Below are positions 33,504 through 46,529 of a stretch of 64,000 nucleotides of DNA, one piece after another. Below the pieces are notes generated by a model. It did no database searches, was not told the origin of the DNA, and saw nothing but the letters and a program-made list of their open reading frames with translations. The stretch's first letter is position 1. Every line of letters starts with the position of its first letter. A program made the translations under genes and the position numbers. Source of the stretch: Bacillota bacterium (GTDB lineage Bacteria > Bacillota > Ch66 > Ch109); contig JBMNLH010000007.1 of assembly GCA_050952625.1 (NCBI GenBank), forward strand, positions 32,001 to 96,000, written 5' to 3'.

Positions 33504-33790
33504 TGGTGGTTGGTCGGTTGGTCGTTGGGAGTGACCAGCCTTGCGGCGCTGCCGTTGGCCGCACGGCTCTGTCGGCTTTGCACGCAGGCGTGCTGTCCGG
33601 CGGGGGTGAATTCCGCAGTACCCCCTGCCTTCAGCAATTCAGCTGAGGGGCCCCAACTGCTCCCCCTTCGGGGGGTGACACGGTGTATTTCTAAAGACAG
33701 TTTATATGCCTTTTGATACACTTCCAATGTCCGATATCCAGCCATTTCCTTTCCTCCCAACCACTAACCACTAACCGCCAACCACCAAAA
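33504..33790 (-). other. 23S rRNA helix-45 intervening sequence with heptamer-repeat arms
   Basis: ~266 nt excess between landmarks equivalent to E. coli 1113 and 1268; arms GGTGGT-TGGCGGT-TAGTGGT-TAGTGGT-TGGGAG and CTCCC-AACGACC-AACCGACC-AACCACC. Confidence 0.9.
33530..33745 (-). pseudogene. Decayed four-helix-bundle (23S rRNA IVS protein) gene inside the H45 IVS
   Basis: GGAGG/AAGG RBS plus ATG, MAGYRTLEVYQKAYKLSLEIHRVT; further family remnants PKGEQ-LG and IAEG in shifted frames, and TAEF. Confidence 0.8.
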
Positions 33791-33838
33791 TCCGTGATTT
33801 CGGTGGCGGACTTGAGCCCCGGGAATTTTCGGCGCAGG

Positions 33839-33874
<36 letters not shown>

Positions 33875-34138
33875 TGATGGCTGCTTCTAAGCCAACATCC
33901 TGGTTGTCTGGGCAACCCCACATCCTTTTCCACTTAGTCCACACTTGGGGACCTTAATCGACGGTCTGGGCTGTTTCCCTCTCGACTACGGATCTTATCA
34001 CTCGCAGTCTGACTCCCAAGGTCCGATTGATGGTATTCGGAGTTTGAGAAGGTTCGGTAACCGGGTAAGGCCCCTAGCCTATTCAGTGCTCTACCCCCAT
34101 CAATTATGCCTTGAGGCTAGCCCTAAAGCTATTTCGGG

Positions 34139-34180
<42 letters not shown>

Positions 34181-35192
34181 CCCACAACTCATCCACCGCT
34201 GTTTCAACAACGGTTGGTTCGAGCCTCCACGATGTCTTACCATCGCTTCACTCTGGTCATGGGTAGATCACCCGGTTTCGGGTCTACAGCAACTAACTTG
34301 CGCCCTCTTAAGACTTGCTTTCGCTTCGGCTCCGTTTCCTTAACCTTGCTAGTTACTGTAACTCGCCGGTCCGTTCTACAAAAAGTACGCCGTCACTCTT
34401 TCTTTCGAAAAAGCTCCGACTGGTTGTAGGCATACGGTTTCAGGTTCTTTTTCACTCCCCTCCCGGGGTGCTTTTCACCTTTCCCTCACGGTACTGGTTC
34501 ACTATCGGTCGCTAAGGAGTATTTAGCCTTAGGAGGTGGTCCTCCCTGATTCCCACGGGGTTCCACGTGTCCCGCAGTACTTGGGATCCCATCCAGGAGC
34601 CATAATCCTTTCGGTTACGAGGCTGTTACTCTCTGTGGCGGGGCTTTCCAGTCCGCTTCACCTAGAATTATGGTTTCTTACTCCTTTGGGCTGCTGCCGC
34701 TGCCCAGGATGGTCCCGCTACCCCTCAAAAGCAACGCCGGCAGGCTTTGACACTCTTGAGGTTTGGGCTCTTCCCGGTTCGCTCGCCGCTACTTGGGGAA
34801 TCACTGTTGTTTTCTTTTCCTCAGGGTACTAAGATGTTTCAGTTCCCCTGGTTGTCTCGGCTAACCTATGGATTCAGTTAGCCGTAACTGGACATTACTC
34901 CAGTTGGGTTGCCCCATTCGGAGATCCCCGGATCAAGGCCTGCTTGCGGCTCCCCGAGGCTTTTCGCAGCTTACCGCGTCCTTCTTCGTCTCTTAGCGCC
35001 TAGGCATCCTCCGTACGCCCTTAGTAGCTTGACCTTAGTCTTTCTACCTTAAGGTTTGTTTGGTTTATCCTTTGGCTTGCGCTTGACAGAACTTTTTTAA
35101 TATTCGCTGTGCAGTTTTCAGGGTTCAGTTGCATCATCTCTAGTCGAGCGGCATGGTCGCTTCGTAAGATAATTGCTAAGTTTAAAAAATTA

Positions 35193-35268
35193 TGGTGGAG
35201 ATGAGGAGAATCGAACTCCTGACCCCCTGCTTGCAAGGCAGGTGCTCTCCCAGCTGAGCTACACCCCC
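35193..35268 (-). tRNA. tRNA-Ala (TGC)
   Basis: GGGGGTGTAGCTCAGCTGGGAGAGCACCTGCCTTGCAAG...CCACCA in the 16S-23S spacer. Confidence 0.96.
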
Positions 35269-35394
35269 AGATTAGACCTTAGAGTATAGATTTTAGATCA
35301 TTTTAGATCTTAGATATTTCATTTTTAAGGAATCGGTGTTAACCGATTCCTATTAGTCTAATATCTAATGTCCAATATCCAAAATCTAAATAAA

Positions 35395-35471
35395 TGGTGG
35401 GCCTAGGTGGACTTGAACCACCGACCTCGCGCTTATCAGGCGCGCGCTCTAACCAACTGAGCTATAAGCCC
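35395..35471 (-). tRNA. tRNA-Ile (GAT)
   Basis: GGGCTTATAGCTCAGTTGG...CCTGATAAG...CCCACCA. Confidence 0.96.
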
Positions 35472-35585
35472 ACATAAAACTTTTTTATTAAGCCTATTGA
35501 GGTACCGGTTACTGGTCCCTCAAAACTAAACAGTTGTTGCGAAGTCTGATGACCGACCTAGTTTCGCATCCTTTCGGATGTTACT

Positions 35586-37274
<1,689 letters not shown>

Positions 37275-37472
37275 ATATCGAAGAGCTTATCTTGCTCTTA
37301 TTTACTATCTCGCTAGCTTGTCGCTAGCCTTGCTTTGTCTTGAAACTCTCGTTGATCGAGGTCCTTGACTTTTGCATCAGGCTTCGCACATTTTGACAAC
37401 TGTTCAGTTTTCAGGGATCAGGGTCATTAGTTTGCTTGACCGAGCTTTCTACCGCTCGGTGTCGCAGAACAT

Positions 37473-37501
37473 ATTCTATCATTCACTCTTAAGGCTGTCA
37501 A
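37473..37501 (-). promoter_or_regulatory. rrn sigma-A promoter
   Basis: TTGACA-17 nt-TAGAAT with TG extension; processing-stalk/boxA-like GATCCCTGAAAACTGAACA downstream at ~37400-37420. Confidence 0.75.
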
Positions 37502-37858
37502 GGATTTTTATTCATCCAAATTATGCCTCTTCGATCGACTCCCAAAACCCTTTTATGCTTGATTATTCCAATTATCTTGAAATCGAATTTGCTATAATCT
37601 CACTTTCAAAGGGGTTAGCTTCCATTCCTGGCAACTTCCTCTCAGAGGAGCCTCAACAAATATAACACGCCTCCTCCTAGCGGATCAAATCACAAATTCG
37701 TCAGATAATCGGCATGAACCCACATTGATTCCATTAAACTGAAGTATTCTCTGCGTTCGACGTTCTTATGCATAATTTGCTTTTATCCGATGCAAAAAAC
37801 TCCTATGAGTATATTATATGACCGGGACAGCGAGCCTTCCCCCCTGTCCCAGAGTAGC

Positions 37859-39364
<1,506 letters not shown>

Positions 39365-39451
39365 TCACCCCGCAAAAAATATATTCCATGCTTACCTCTT
39401 TTACACGAAAACCCCATGCCGCAAGGCACAGGGTATTGTGATAAATCTATT

Positions 39452-39928
39452 CTAGCGACAGATCTCCATGATTTGATACTGAATCATCCCCGCCGGCACC
39501 TTCACCTCAACGATCTGACCAGAAGTCTGGCCTAAAATAGCCCGACCAACTGGAGATTCAATCGAGACTTTCTTCGCCTCCGGGTCAGCCTCTGCCGAGC
39601 CGACTACTGTAAATTCAATTTCTTCTCCATCTTCTAAATCCTTGATTAGCACCTTACTGCCAACTGATACTACATCGGTGGCGATATCTGCTTCATCAAT
39701 TACCCTGGCTCGTCGGAGCATTTTCTCTAAAGTTAGAATGCGTCCTTCAACAAAAGCCTGCTCATTCTTAGCATCTTCGTATTCTGAGTTTTCTGAGATA
39801 TCCCCGAATTCTACCGCTTGCTTAATTCTTTCTGCAACCTCACGGCGTTTAACCGTCTTTAGTTGCTCCAATTCTGTTTCCAACTTCTTCAGGCCTTCTA
39901 GGGTTAGGATTACCTCCTTCTCGGGCAT
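39452..39928 (-). CDS. greA: Transcription elongation factor GreA
   Basis: [25 protein letters not shown]; TTGACA-17-TATAAT promoter at 40113-40141. Confidence 0.97.
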   Translation of the reverse strand: MPEKEVILTLEGLKKLETELEQLKTVKRREVAERIKQAVEFGDISENSEYEDAKNEQAFVEGRILTLEKMLRRARVIDEADIATDVVSVGSKVLIKDLEDGEEIEFTVVGSAEADPEAKKVSIESPVGRAILGQTSGQIVEVKVPAGMIQYQIMEICR

Positions 39929-40325
39929 TTAACTCGCTCCTTTATCTGAGAATAAGTACTCTCTCGCAAAGTATTTCTTCCCCAAGTCCGAATATCTTAT
40001 CAGTAACCCCAATTACTACCTACCGACCGTAGAATTGTAAAAATAATCAATATCGTTCAAGCCTTCACCCATCTTTGTTATTTCGGGCTGCCACCATTTA
40101 TCTTAGTTTGCTATTATATAGACCGGTATCTAGCTTGTCAAGACGCAATTCTAAATGCAGCAACCCCATTTCTCATCATTATCCAGATATTTTCGGTTAA
40201 CCGGGCATGCCTGTTAGGCACAACCACGGATGGAAATAACACAAACTACGAGGAACGTGTTATTTTCTTACTGACGCATTTACCCAAACTATTATTAATC
40301 AAATATGAAACAATGTTGTTACATC

Positions 40326-41390
40326 TCATACATCTATCAGTTGTGGAATAAAGCCCAATCTGGTACTCATCTGATCCAACTGATTCACGCACTTTATTTT
40401 CATATATGACTCGGTCCCCGAAACAGTCAGTGGGTGATCTTGAGCCAGAAGCATCGTTTCAGCCAAGGCAACCGGCAGATTGCAGATTTCCGGAATTTCT
40501 GGTTTATTAAAGGTTAACTGATTAATCCACTCCGGCCAAGTAGCGTAAAAAAGACTACGTAAAACTTTAAATCTAAAGCGACTTCGAAAGAGAATTCGTT
40601 TTGAAAGAGTTACCATTAATTTATTTATCAAAAAAATATCTGGCCTGAATCTTTCAATTGAGTCCTTTGGTTCATACTGTCCCATTATAACCCAGGCCCC
40701 TGGTTTAAGTTGGGCCCATTCCCGTTCACCCCATCCCTGGTAGCTTTTATCGGTTAACAAAACCACGTCCGCTTCACGCAGCTCACGCTCCAATTCTCGT
40801 CCCAAACGAACTGAAACTCCTGTCTCATAAAGAATTTGTGTCGATAATAAACCAAATCCTTTTTCTGATATGCCAACTAAAACAAGATTGCGCAACTCAC
40901 CAGCCAACACTTGCGCGCAAAGCCTGCCTAACGCTCCACCAGCCCCTACAACCACTACTTTCAGTTGGGATAAAGGAATTCCTCTACACTTTGGTACCTG
41001 TCTAAGGAGACTCCGAATTATACAAGCACGATACACATTTCCCGAAGATAAAATGGGGAAGCCATACTTGCTGGCTGCATCAGGAGCTAGTTCTTCAAAA
41101 ACAGATTCACCAACACCTAGTATCTTTACTCCCAGTTTACGAGATAAAGCGATTACTTTAGAAGCTTGCCGGCCATTAAAGTCACCTGGAATCGTAGCCT
41201 GATCTTGGGCGGGTATTAGCGGAAGGCAGATTACCCATCCTTGCATCTCATGACCAGAAAGGGATACTAAACCCTCAAGACTACCGGCCAGAAAAGCTGA
41301 TGTACGAGTCAGAATTTGATATCCCGGATTATGAGAAACACTGGATAACCTGGGCTGAACTAAAATGGCAAAACTATTCACCCTTAACAA
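40326..41390 (-). CDS. Rossmann-fold protein, divergent COG5322-like (predicted dehydrogenase / acyl-ACP reductase-like)
   Basis: GWVICLPL, LGVKILGVG, SSGNVY, VVVVGAGGALG, ALAETMLLA recall this family. Confidence 0.6.
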   Translation of the reverse strand: MLRVNSFAILVQPRLSSVSHNPGYQILTRTSAFLAGSLEGLVSLSGHEMQGWVICLPLIPAQDQATIPGDFNGRQASKVIALSRKLGVKILGVGESVFEELAPDAASKYGFPILSSGNVYRACIIRSLLRQVPKCRGIPLSQLKVVVVGAGGALGRLCAQVLAGELRNLVLVGISEKGFGLLSTQILYETGVSVRLGRELERELREADVVLLTDKSYQGWGEREWAQLKPGAWVIMGQYEPKDSIERFRPDIFLINKLMVTLSKRILFRSRFRFKVLRSLFYATWPEWINQLTFNKPEIPEICNLPVALAETMLLAQDHPLTVSGTESYMKIKCVNQLDQMSTRLGFIPQLIDV

Positions 41391-41540
41391 CTCCCTCCAG
41401 TGCTATAGTGTTTGAGTTATAATTACCGGTAAATCTAGTGAAATAAAAAAGGCATAGTCACCTTTCGGTTGATTCTATGCACGATTAGGCTAAGCTATTC
41501 AACTTTCTTATTTTTTTCCAGTCTGATAATAACTACGGTT

Positions 41541-41578
41541 CTGTTTAACGCAGTTAGCAGGCTAGACCGAGAACACAA
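41541..41578 (-). repeat. Family C solo arm
   Basis: CTGTTTAACGCAGTTAGCAGGCTAGACCGAGAAC. Confidence 0.6.
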
Positions 41579-41632
41579 CCACTTAAAGAAGCGAATGTCT
41601 TTTGATACGGATAAATATGCTTGGGTGAACCC

Positions 41633-42538
41633 TTAAGAGATTAATTGAATAATTCTAGGCTCTAAACCTAGACGATTTAATAAATCCGAATACTCCTCAA
41701 CCTTGATCTCATCCGGGTGCTTTTCCAGGAGACTGACCAACACTCCTTCCATGACATTTGTTCCAAAAGAACGACCGCCTAATTCCGGCGTGGTGGTTAT
41801 CAAACTGGCTATCCCCCGACTTCTCAACAGTTCCAAATCCTCAACGGTTACGGTATTGGTAATAATCGTCTGTCCGTTCATCCTTTCAGGCAAGTGGCGC
41901 CGAATAAACAAAAAATCCCCCGCAATAATTTCGGCTTCGTGATAAAAAGAAGCATACTTAGGGACTACCTGCTCTTGTTTTTTTCCAGTAGGATATAGCA
42001 CACTAAAAGGCAGACGACTGATAATGGGAATCAAACAGCGGGCGGCTCGATTAAGGGTTTTTAGGGAACGCAATGGAATCGGGATACCCAAGCCAAAAAT
42101 CAAATCCCCATAAACTACCTCCGCCCCAACCTGATTCAAAGCCTCAGCCATACCGAACCGGTCCACCCCGGAAACCAAGAGAACCTTACGTCGCTGAAAA
42201 GAGATTTTCTTTTCCGCAGCCAGCTTCTCAATAACCATTCGCTCTAGAGTATTTTTCAGACCGCTTCCATCAACAATGGGGGTTTTTTTAGCCGCATTAG
42301 CAATCCGTCGAGCATCTCTTAAGGTATATCGCTTACCACCAGCATACAGATATAAGTCAATCCCGCCCATTCCGAAAGCATCAACTTCCCCATCCAACTC
42401 TCGAATAAGCGAGATAGCTAGTTCCATATCACCGTCGGTCCCAATCCGCTCAATCCAAAACTTTTCCCCCAAAAATTCAACCTCTACGCTGTGGTTGCGG
42501 CGGGAAGATCCCAGGCTAACGCTAACCACTCTTTTCAA
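41633..42538 (-). CDS. Uncharacterised conserved protein (often labelled quinate 5-dehydrogenase)
   Basis: MKRVVSVSLGSSRRNH, DGSGLKNTLE, TTTPELGGRSFGTNVME. Confidence 0.8.
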   Translation of the reverse strand: MKRVVSVSLGSSRRNHSVEVEFLGEKFWIERIGTDGDMELAISLIRELDGEVDAFGMGGIDLYLYAGGKRYTLRDARRIANAAKKTPIVDGSGLKNTLERMVIEKLAAEKKISFQRRKVLLVSGVDRFGMAEALNQVGAEVVYGDLIFGLGIPIPLRSLKTLNRAARCLIPIISRLPFSVLYPTGKKQEQVVPKYASFYHEAEIIAGDFLFIRRHLPERMNGQTIITNTVTVEDLELLRSRGIASLITTTPELGGRSFGTNVMEGVLVSLLEKHPDEIKVEEYSDLLNRLGLEPRIIQLIS

Positions 42539-43104
42539 TCCCGATTCCCCCTTCTTCCGGCATTCATGCTAACTGACTTCTGTCGACAAACTTGAAGTAT
42601 CTGCCGCAGCATTTCTGGCTCCACTCGCTTATCACCGGCAATTGGCGACTCACCGAGGTATAAGGGGATTACCTCTTTATCTAACAGGGCTTGCGCAATC
42701 TTTATCCTTAAGTCCGAACCAATCATTACCACCACGTCAAAAGTTCTTAGCTTCATGATTAAATCCATGATGGTATTAAGCAGTTCTGGTCCGGTTTTAT
42801 TTTCGACAAACCGCCACCTCTCTTGATCCGTCATTACAAAGGAAAAATCTACTGCCATTTCCTGGATTACGGCATCTAGTTCATCTTTGTTCGCGATTGG
42901 AAACCCAATTACTGCCACACGGCAGCCCTGCCTAATCTCACCCAACCCTTCCAATCGCGAAATGAAGGTGCGATCCAAACTTAAACGCTTCGCAACTTCT
43001 TGTTGTGATAAACCAGTTGCTCTTAACTCCAAGATCCGGTCCAGTTCTCCGATAATCTTTGATCGGTTGATTAGTTTGTCACCGATCCGAATTAACGTAT
43101 CCAT
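42535..43104 (-). CDS. HTH transcriptional regulator
   Basis: LRATGLSQQEVAKRLSLDRTFISRLEGLGE; stop overlaps next start; GAGG RBS before ATG 43104. Confidence 0.85.
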   Translation of the reverse strand: MDTLIRIGDKLINRSKIIGELDRILELRATGLSQQEVAKRLSLDRTFISRLEGLGEIRQGCRVAVIGFPIANKDELDAVIQEMAVDFSFVMTDQERWRFVENKTGPELLNTIMDLIMKLRTFDVVVMIGSDLRIKIAQALLDKEVIPLYLGESPIAGDKRVEPEMLRQILQVCRQKSVSMNAGRRGNRD

Positions 43105-43226
43105 AACAACCTCAAACAAGCCACCATTGGCTTGTACTCGTTAGTAATTATTTCTCGCAACACCACTTAGGTTATAACCAGTTATAAAGACTAAATATCT
43201 ATACTTAATATTACCTGGTTAAGCAG

Positions 43227-43280
43227 ATTGTACACATGTTTGTGTACAATAATTGTAACAAATTGCTTCTTTTATGACAA
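43227..43280 (-). promoter_or_regulatory. Promoter with palindromic operator
   Basis: TTGTCA-17-TACAAT (TG-extended); perfect inverted repeat ATTGTACACA-TGTT-TGTGTACAAT at 43227-43250. Confidence 0.75.
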
Positions 43281-43379
43281 GAACCGCGCTGTCTTCACGG
43301 ACGAATGATCAATTGATTCTCAGTCCATTCTAGATAAATTTAGAGGTGTCGAAACATCGACACCCCCTCTCCTGTTTCA

Positions 43380-43430
43380 AGTGACCTCGTTCAGCTTCGC
43401 TGAACATCGAGGCTTCAGCTGGAGACTCTT
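43380..43430 (+). repeat. Family A partial copy at dusB stop
   Basis: AGTGACCTCGTTCAGCTTCGCTGAACATCGAGGCTTCAGCTGGAGAC. Confidence 0.8.
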
Positions 43431-44448
43431 AAGTTGTCCCATAACCAACCGGAAGAACCGTCCCTCCGGTTAGGTATTCCTCAAGGATCTCTTCTATTTG
43501 CTCAAGTGAATTCGCTCGGTTTATCTTTTCCCGAACCCGGGCTGCTCCGGGATAACCCTTCACGTACCAGACCAGATGTTTCCGCATCTCCCGGATAGCT
43601 GAGAATTCACCTTTCTGAGCCACCTCCAGCCGAATGTGCCGTTTAGCCAAGTCAATCTTTTCTGCCGGAGTTGGCGGCGGCAGGAGCTGACCCTCATTCA
43701 ATAAAGCAGCCGTTCTTTGAAAAATCCAGGGATTACCTAGAGCCCCACGGCCGATCATTACCGCATCGCAACCAGTTGTCTGCAACATTCTCAAAGCATC
43801 CTCCGGCTCCCAAATATCACCATTACCAATAACCGGTATGTTTACAGCCTTTTTAATGTCTCGAATAATCCCCCAATCAGCTTCTCCAGAATAAAACTGC
43901 ATTCGGGTTCGACCGTGCACCGTAACCGCGGCTATGCCACTACTTTCAGCCAGACGAGCTACAGCCGTTGCGGTTAGTTCTGTATCATCCCAACCTTTTC
44001 GCATCTTGACGGTTACCGGAATGGTCACTGCTTGAACCACTGCTTCAAAAATTCGGGCAACTAGGGGGAGGTTCCGCATCAGTGCTGCCCCTTCCCCATT
44101 AGTGACAATCTTTGGAGTTGGACAACCCAAGTTCAAATCAATAATTGCTGCCCCGATCGATTCAGCGATGCGGGCTGCTTCAGCCATTTTCGTTGGATCA
44201 GACCCAAAAATCTGCACCGCGACCGGGTAATCTTCCCCGGCTAGATCTATTAAGGCCTGAGTTTTAACACACCGATAGGTTAAGGCCTGGGCACTGATCA
44301 TCTCGGTAAAGGTCAATCCACAACCAAACTCAGTCGCCAGGAGTCGATAAACTTTATCTGTATAACCGGCCATTGGCGCAGCCAGGACTTGATTGACTAC
44401 CTCCAACGAACCAAGCTTAAATGAAGCCAGATCTAATAAACCTCCCAA
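43429..44448 (-). CDS. dusB: tRNA-dihydrouridine synthase B
   Basis: APMAG, QIFGSDP, NLGCP, VHGRTR, GNGDI. Confidence 0.95.
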   Translation of the reverse strand: MGGLLDLASFKLGSLEVVNQVLAAPMAGYTDKVYRLLATEFGCGLTFTEMISAQALTYRCVKTQALIDLAGEDYPVAVQIFGSDPTKMAEAARIAESIGAAIIDLNLGCPTPKIVTNGEGAALMRNLPLVARIFEAVVQAVTIPVTVKMRKGWDDTELTATAVARLAESSGIAAVTVHGRTRMQFYSGEADWGIIRDIKKAVNIPVIGNGDIWEPEDALRMLQTTGCDAVMIGRGALGNPWIFQRTAALLNEGQLLPPPTPAEKIDLAKRHIRLEVAQKGEFSAIREMRKHLVWYVKGYPGAARVREKINRANSLEQIEEILEEYLTGGTVLPVGYGTT

Positions 44449-45213
44449 TCACCTATTTTTTTCATAGATAATTCTCAAACCTTCCAAAGTTAGCAACTGG
44501 TCGACCACATCAATAGTCCGCGATTCAGCGGCAATGAGCTCGGCAAAACCACCAGTGACCACGACCTTTGAATCTGGCCCTAATTCCGCCTTCATTCGCT
44601 CGACAATCCCATCTACTTGTCCAATAAACCCATAAACTACCCCAGCTTGCATACTGGCCACCGTATTCCGGCCAATAACTGATTTTGGTTTAACTAGCTC
44701 TATCCGTGGCAGCTTAGCGGCCCGTTGAAACAGGGCTTCCGACGAAATGCCAATCCCCGGGGCAATTGCTCCGCCTAGGTATTCTCCATGTCTGGAGATA
44801 GCGCAAAAGGTAGTAGCTGTACCAAAGTCGACTACAATAACTGGCCCGCCATAACGCTCGTAAGCAGCAACCGCATTCACCACCCGGTCCGCCCCCACTT
44901 CACGAGGATTTTCATATTTGAGGGCAATGCCAGTTTTTACTCCCGGCCCTACCTCTAGCGGTTGTACCTGAAAATACTGATGAGACATTTCCTCCAAAAC
45001 TGGATTTAGAGGAGGGACCACAGAAGAAATCACAACCGCTTTAATCGCTCGCATATCCAGACCCTGGTAATCAAATAAGCTGCGAATCAACATCCCGAAC
45101 TCATCTGAGGTTTTCTGCCGATCAGACGAAATTCGCCAGTGGGTAACCAGCTTTTCCCCCTGATAAACACCCAAGACCATATTAGTATTCCCCACATCAA
45201 ATACCAGGATCAA
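44449..45213 (-). CDS. coaX: Type III pantothenate kinase
   Basis: [27 protein letters not shown]. Confidence 0.96.
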   Translation of the reverse strand: MILVFDVGNTNMVLGVYQGEKLVTHWRISSDRQKTSDEFGMLIRSLFDYQGLDMRAIKAVVISSVVPPLNPVLEEMSHQYFQVQPLEVGPGVKTGIALKYENPREVGADRVVNAVAAYERYGGPVIVVDFGTATTFCAISRHGEYLGGAIAPGIGISSEALFQRAAKLPRIELVKPKSVIGRNTVASMQAGVVYGFIGQVDGIVERMKAELGPDSKVVVTGGFAELIAAESRTIDVVDQLLTLEGLRIIYEKNR

Positions 45214-45295
45214 CGCGCAACTCCCCTCTCCCTGACGTCTCTTATGGATTTATTCTTTATTGTAACCCCTCTCCGGTTTGTTGTAAATCCGAACT

Positions 45296-45339
45296 TCCCC
45301 ATGGCTTTAGGCAGGGGCTTTACGGCACGTTTCGGTAAC
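45296..45339 (+). mobile_element. IS200/IS605-type terminal hairpin remnant, copy 1
   Basis: TCCCCATGGCTTTAGGCAGGGGCTTTACGGCAC resembles IS605/IscB-type end hairpins; no transposase nearby. Confidence 0.55.
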
Positions 45340-45344
45340 ACTAT

Positions 45345-45425
45345 GCCAAAAAAAGAAACCCGGTCAAGCCCGAATCCGATGAAATCGCTGGCCTAATCCT
45401 CTAACCGGATAGACTTGGTCTTTTA
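45345..45425 (-). ncRNA. Structured leader upstream of coaX, candidate pan-motif RNA
   Basis: Minus strand stem CAAGTCTATCCGG...TCGGATTCGGGCTTG around GATTAGGCCAGCGA, followed by T-run; upstream of a pantothenate gene. Confidence 0.4.
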
Positions 45426-45500
45426 TCGGCAAATCAGCTGCCAGGATGTTTAAGAAGTATATGAAGTATATATTAACAAACAATTACGGTCTATCGGCCA

Positions 45501-45556
45501 CCGTGTCTTATATCCCCATGCCTGAAGGCAGGAGCTTTATGACACATCTCAGTAAC
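45501..45556 (+). mobile_element. IS200/IS605-type terminal hairpin remnant, copy 2
   Basis: GTGTCTTATATCCCCATGCCTGAAGGCAGGAGCTTTATGACAC; direct repeat of copy 1. Confidence 0.6.
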
Positions 45557-45642
45557 TAATCGAGGAAATCCACGGGGTCCGGAAATCTCAGAAAAGTGTA
45601 TTAAAAATAATGGTGTATCAAAATAATGAGTATCCAAGTCTT

Positions 45643-46278
45643 TTAGCCGACCGGTCGTCGAACCATTGCCCCAACCCGCCGGGTAACCATGTGCGCGAGC
45701 ACGGCACCAAACCCGGCTTTTATCAGATCAAGGCTGATAAACGGCAAAAACCCTACTTTAATAACCGCTGTCGCGGACATCGCCTTGCCCAAAAAGAAAT
45801 TAACGACTACCCACATATAAGGAAGACCTACTAAATAAATAACCATAACTCCCACGAACATCGCTAAGCCGTAACGGGCCAAACTGGGGGCTGAGCCTTG
45901 CTCAATAATTTTCCCGGTTAGGTAAGCCGCAGCAATAAACCCCAGGATAAAACCGAAGGTAGGTTGTAACAGATACATTGGGCCCCCAAAGGGCGGCTTA
46001 GAAAATACCGGAATGCCAACTAGCCCCATCAAGACATACACAAGCATACTTATCGCCCCTAGACGCCCGCCCAAGAAAGCCCCGGCTAAAAGCGACATTA
46101 AAGGCAACAAACTAAAGGGAACCAGGATGTCGCCGCCCCACTTCAGAATCAGGGCAACAATACAGGTTAATCCGGTAAACAGTCCTACCAGCACGATATC
46201 CCGCGTCCCCAGTTTCCCCCGAACCCCTTTGTTCTCCCCCGGGGGTAATCCCTGATCCAGTTGTCCCTTGCTTAGCAT
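45643..46278 (-). CDS. bioY: Biotin ECF transporter S component
   Basis: VPFSLLP, GLVGIPVFS, PTFGFILGF, PFISLDLIK; upstream BirA box. Confidence 0.93.
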   Translation of the reverse strand: MLSKGQLDQGLPPGENKGVRGKLGTRDIVLVGLFTGLTCIVALILKWGGDILVPFSLLPLMSLLAGAFLGGRLGAISMLVYVLMGLVGIPVFSKPPFGGPMYLLQPTFGFILGFIAAAYLTGKIIEQGSAPSLARYGLAMFVGVMVIYLVGLPYMWVVVNFFLGKAMSATAVIKVGFLPFISLDLIKAGFGAVLAHMVTRRVGAMVRRPVG

Positions 46279-46313
46279 CAAACAAAACCTCCTGACTGGC
46301 AACTCTTGCGGCC

Positions 46314-46347
46314 ATTGTTAACCATGATTAATAATTTAGTTAACAAT
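46314..46347. promoter_or_regulatory. BirA operator
   Basis: ATTGTTAAC-N16-GTTAACAAT directly upstream of bioY. Confidence 0.85.
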
Positions 46348-46399
46348 ACCACAGGATCTTTAACCAGTCAATCGGTTTTTGCATTGCCTTTAACTAAGA

Positions 46400-46430
46400 G
46401 TGGGACACGGGGACAGGTGTACTGTCCCGG
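46400..46430. repeat. REP-like short palindrome
   Basis: GGGACACGGGGACAGGTGTACTGTCCCGG; related inverted copy at ~37822-37851. Confidence 0.5.
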
Positions 46431-46459
46431 GTAGTCTACTACTCAAAATACTATCGCTT

Positions 46460-46500
46460 GTATTTTCACTCAGTCAGCAGGCTAGACTGGGAACGAAAAT
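46460..46500 (-). repeat. Family C solo arm
   Basis: GTATTTTCACTCAGTCAGCAGGCTAGACTGGGAACGAAAA. Confidence 0.75.
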
Positions 46501-46529
46501 AAATTCCGCCTTGAAAAAGCCGGGCCAGG

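Noticed and set aside
34680-34765. Extra length in 23S domain I compared with Bacillus or E. coli
   Set aside because: Looks like the longer native helix region seen in other Firmicutes and Actinobacteria, with no IVS-type stem
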